From Callorhinchus milii (lineage: Eukaryota), in assembly GCF_018977255.1 (NCBI RefSeq), contig NW_024704743.1:9736001-9800000 (forward strand): 64,000 nucleotides of DNA, given 5' to 3'. Shown one piece after another: positions 62,890 to 64,000 of this stretch (the first letter of the stretch is position 1; each line of letters starts with the position of its first letter). Under the pieces are notes generated by a model, which saw only the letters and a program-made list of their open reading frames with translations, was not told the origin of the DNA and did no database searches. A program made the translations under genes and the position numbers.

Positions 62890-64000
62890 AGGACAAACAA
62901 TATTGTGAATTTCAATAAATTACAGGAAGGGTACACTTGTGTGTGATGCTGCCCTGAAAAAATGACATGAAATACTGGTTCATCATCACCACAGTTTGAC
63001 TTTTCAAACTTATTTTGTTGCAAATTCAGCAGCTGTGTTTGCTTTGCTGCGAATTTGCATTTTCTAAAAACATCCACACCTATTTTCTCTTACATTTACA
63101 GTTTACAGCACAGAGGAAGGCCATTTTACTTTAATTGTCCTCCCGATGTGAAAGATGCTATATAAAGGCAATTTGTTGTTGTTGAATAATTATTGTTTGC
63201 CTACAAAAAATATATTTGTTACACTTGACAACAATCACCTCTGAAGTGTTTGGAGACGTTTTGATGTTAATGGCGCTGTAACAAATGATTATTATGGTGA
63301 TGTGGTGCCCTTGTGCTTGCTTTGACAACAATTGCCAATTTTGTGCCTAGACCTCCCAAGGATGGATGGTGTGGGAATTGGAAATGTCATGTCCATGCAG
63401 AAGAGGCACTTTTCTGTGGTTGAGTTTCAGATATGTTATTTGGGCAGATTGGTTTTAATCCTTTGTCACCCTCCAGCTTTGTCACCTGCCCTCTTCACCC
63501 GACAGCACTACCTCATCCAAAGGACGGCACCTCTGACAATGCAGAGTATCAGACCAGACATGAGGTCAAGTTCACCTTGTTGAGTCCTGAGATGTTTGTT
63601 TGAGATGTATTACCTGCTGGAGTAGCATTTTTTGAAAGCTACGGCAGGCGCTGTGCAGGGCAGCGTAAATATTTCTTTGCTATTTTTAATTTTTAGAATA
63701 AAGTAAAATTAAGCACCAGAGAGTAAGTTACTCAATATTTTTACTGTTGTACTCTCCTCTGTTTACCAACTCAGTAAATTGGCTTTCAAGGCAGTTTTCC
63801 AAAGGACCCACGCTACTTTATGTTGGTGAAACACTAACCCAGTTGAGGTGTAGTAAGCCCTACCTGTTGCTCCAAGCATACAATATACCCAATAATAAAG
63901 AACAACAACCTGCATTTCTGTAGCGCTCTTCACCCAGGGTAGCAGCTCAGTGGTGAGGTTGGATGCTGAGCAAGCGAGAAGGGGGACCAAAACCTGAAAG

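Overview
Eukaryotic, repeat-rich vertebrate genomic DNA. The repeat complement (Deu-domain SINEs, shark-type CR1, L2, a Penelope terminal repeat) points to a cartilaginous fish, possibly a holocephalan; this is inference. Only one host coding exon is recognisable: exon 1 of cyclin Y (CCNY, 41881-42031, +). It sits inside about 4.5 kb of strand-asymmetric simple repeats, and intron 1 runs past the window end. The rest is intergenic or intronic and dominated by mobile elements: a near full-length decayed L2 LINE (about 46890-50541), a complete decayed SPIN/Charlie-type hAT transposon (11894-14166), many CR1 and L2 fragments, a young tRNA-Ala-headed SINE that shares its tail with the L2, old Deu-domain SINEs, a 71-bp hAT micro-MITE, and a 102-bp Penelope-type terminal repeat carrying a minimal hammerhead ribozyme. 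The least explained signal is a cluster of spacerless palindromes and locally templated 30-170 bp insertions. I found no convincing new multi-gene system. The long ORFs over the simple repeats look like composition artefacts. Repeat boundaries were read by eye and are approximate unless a target-site duplication (TSD) is given.
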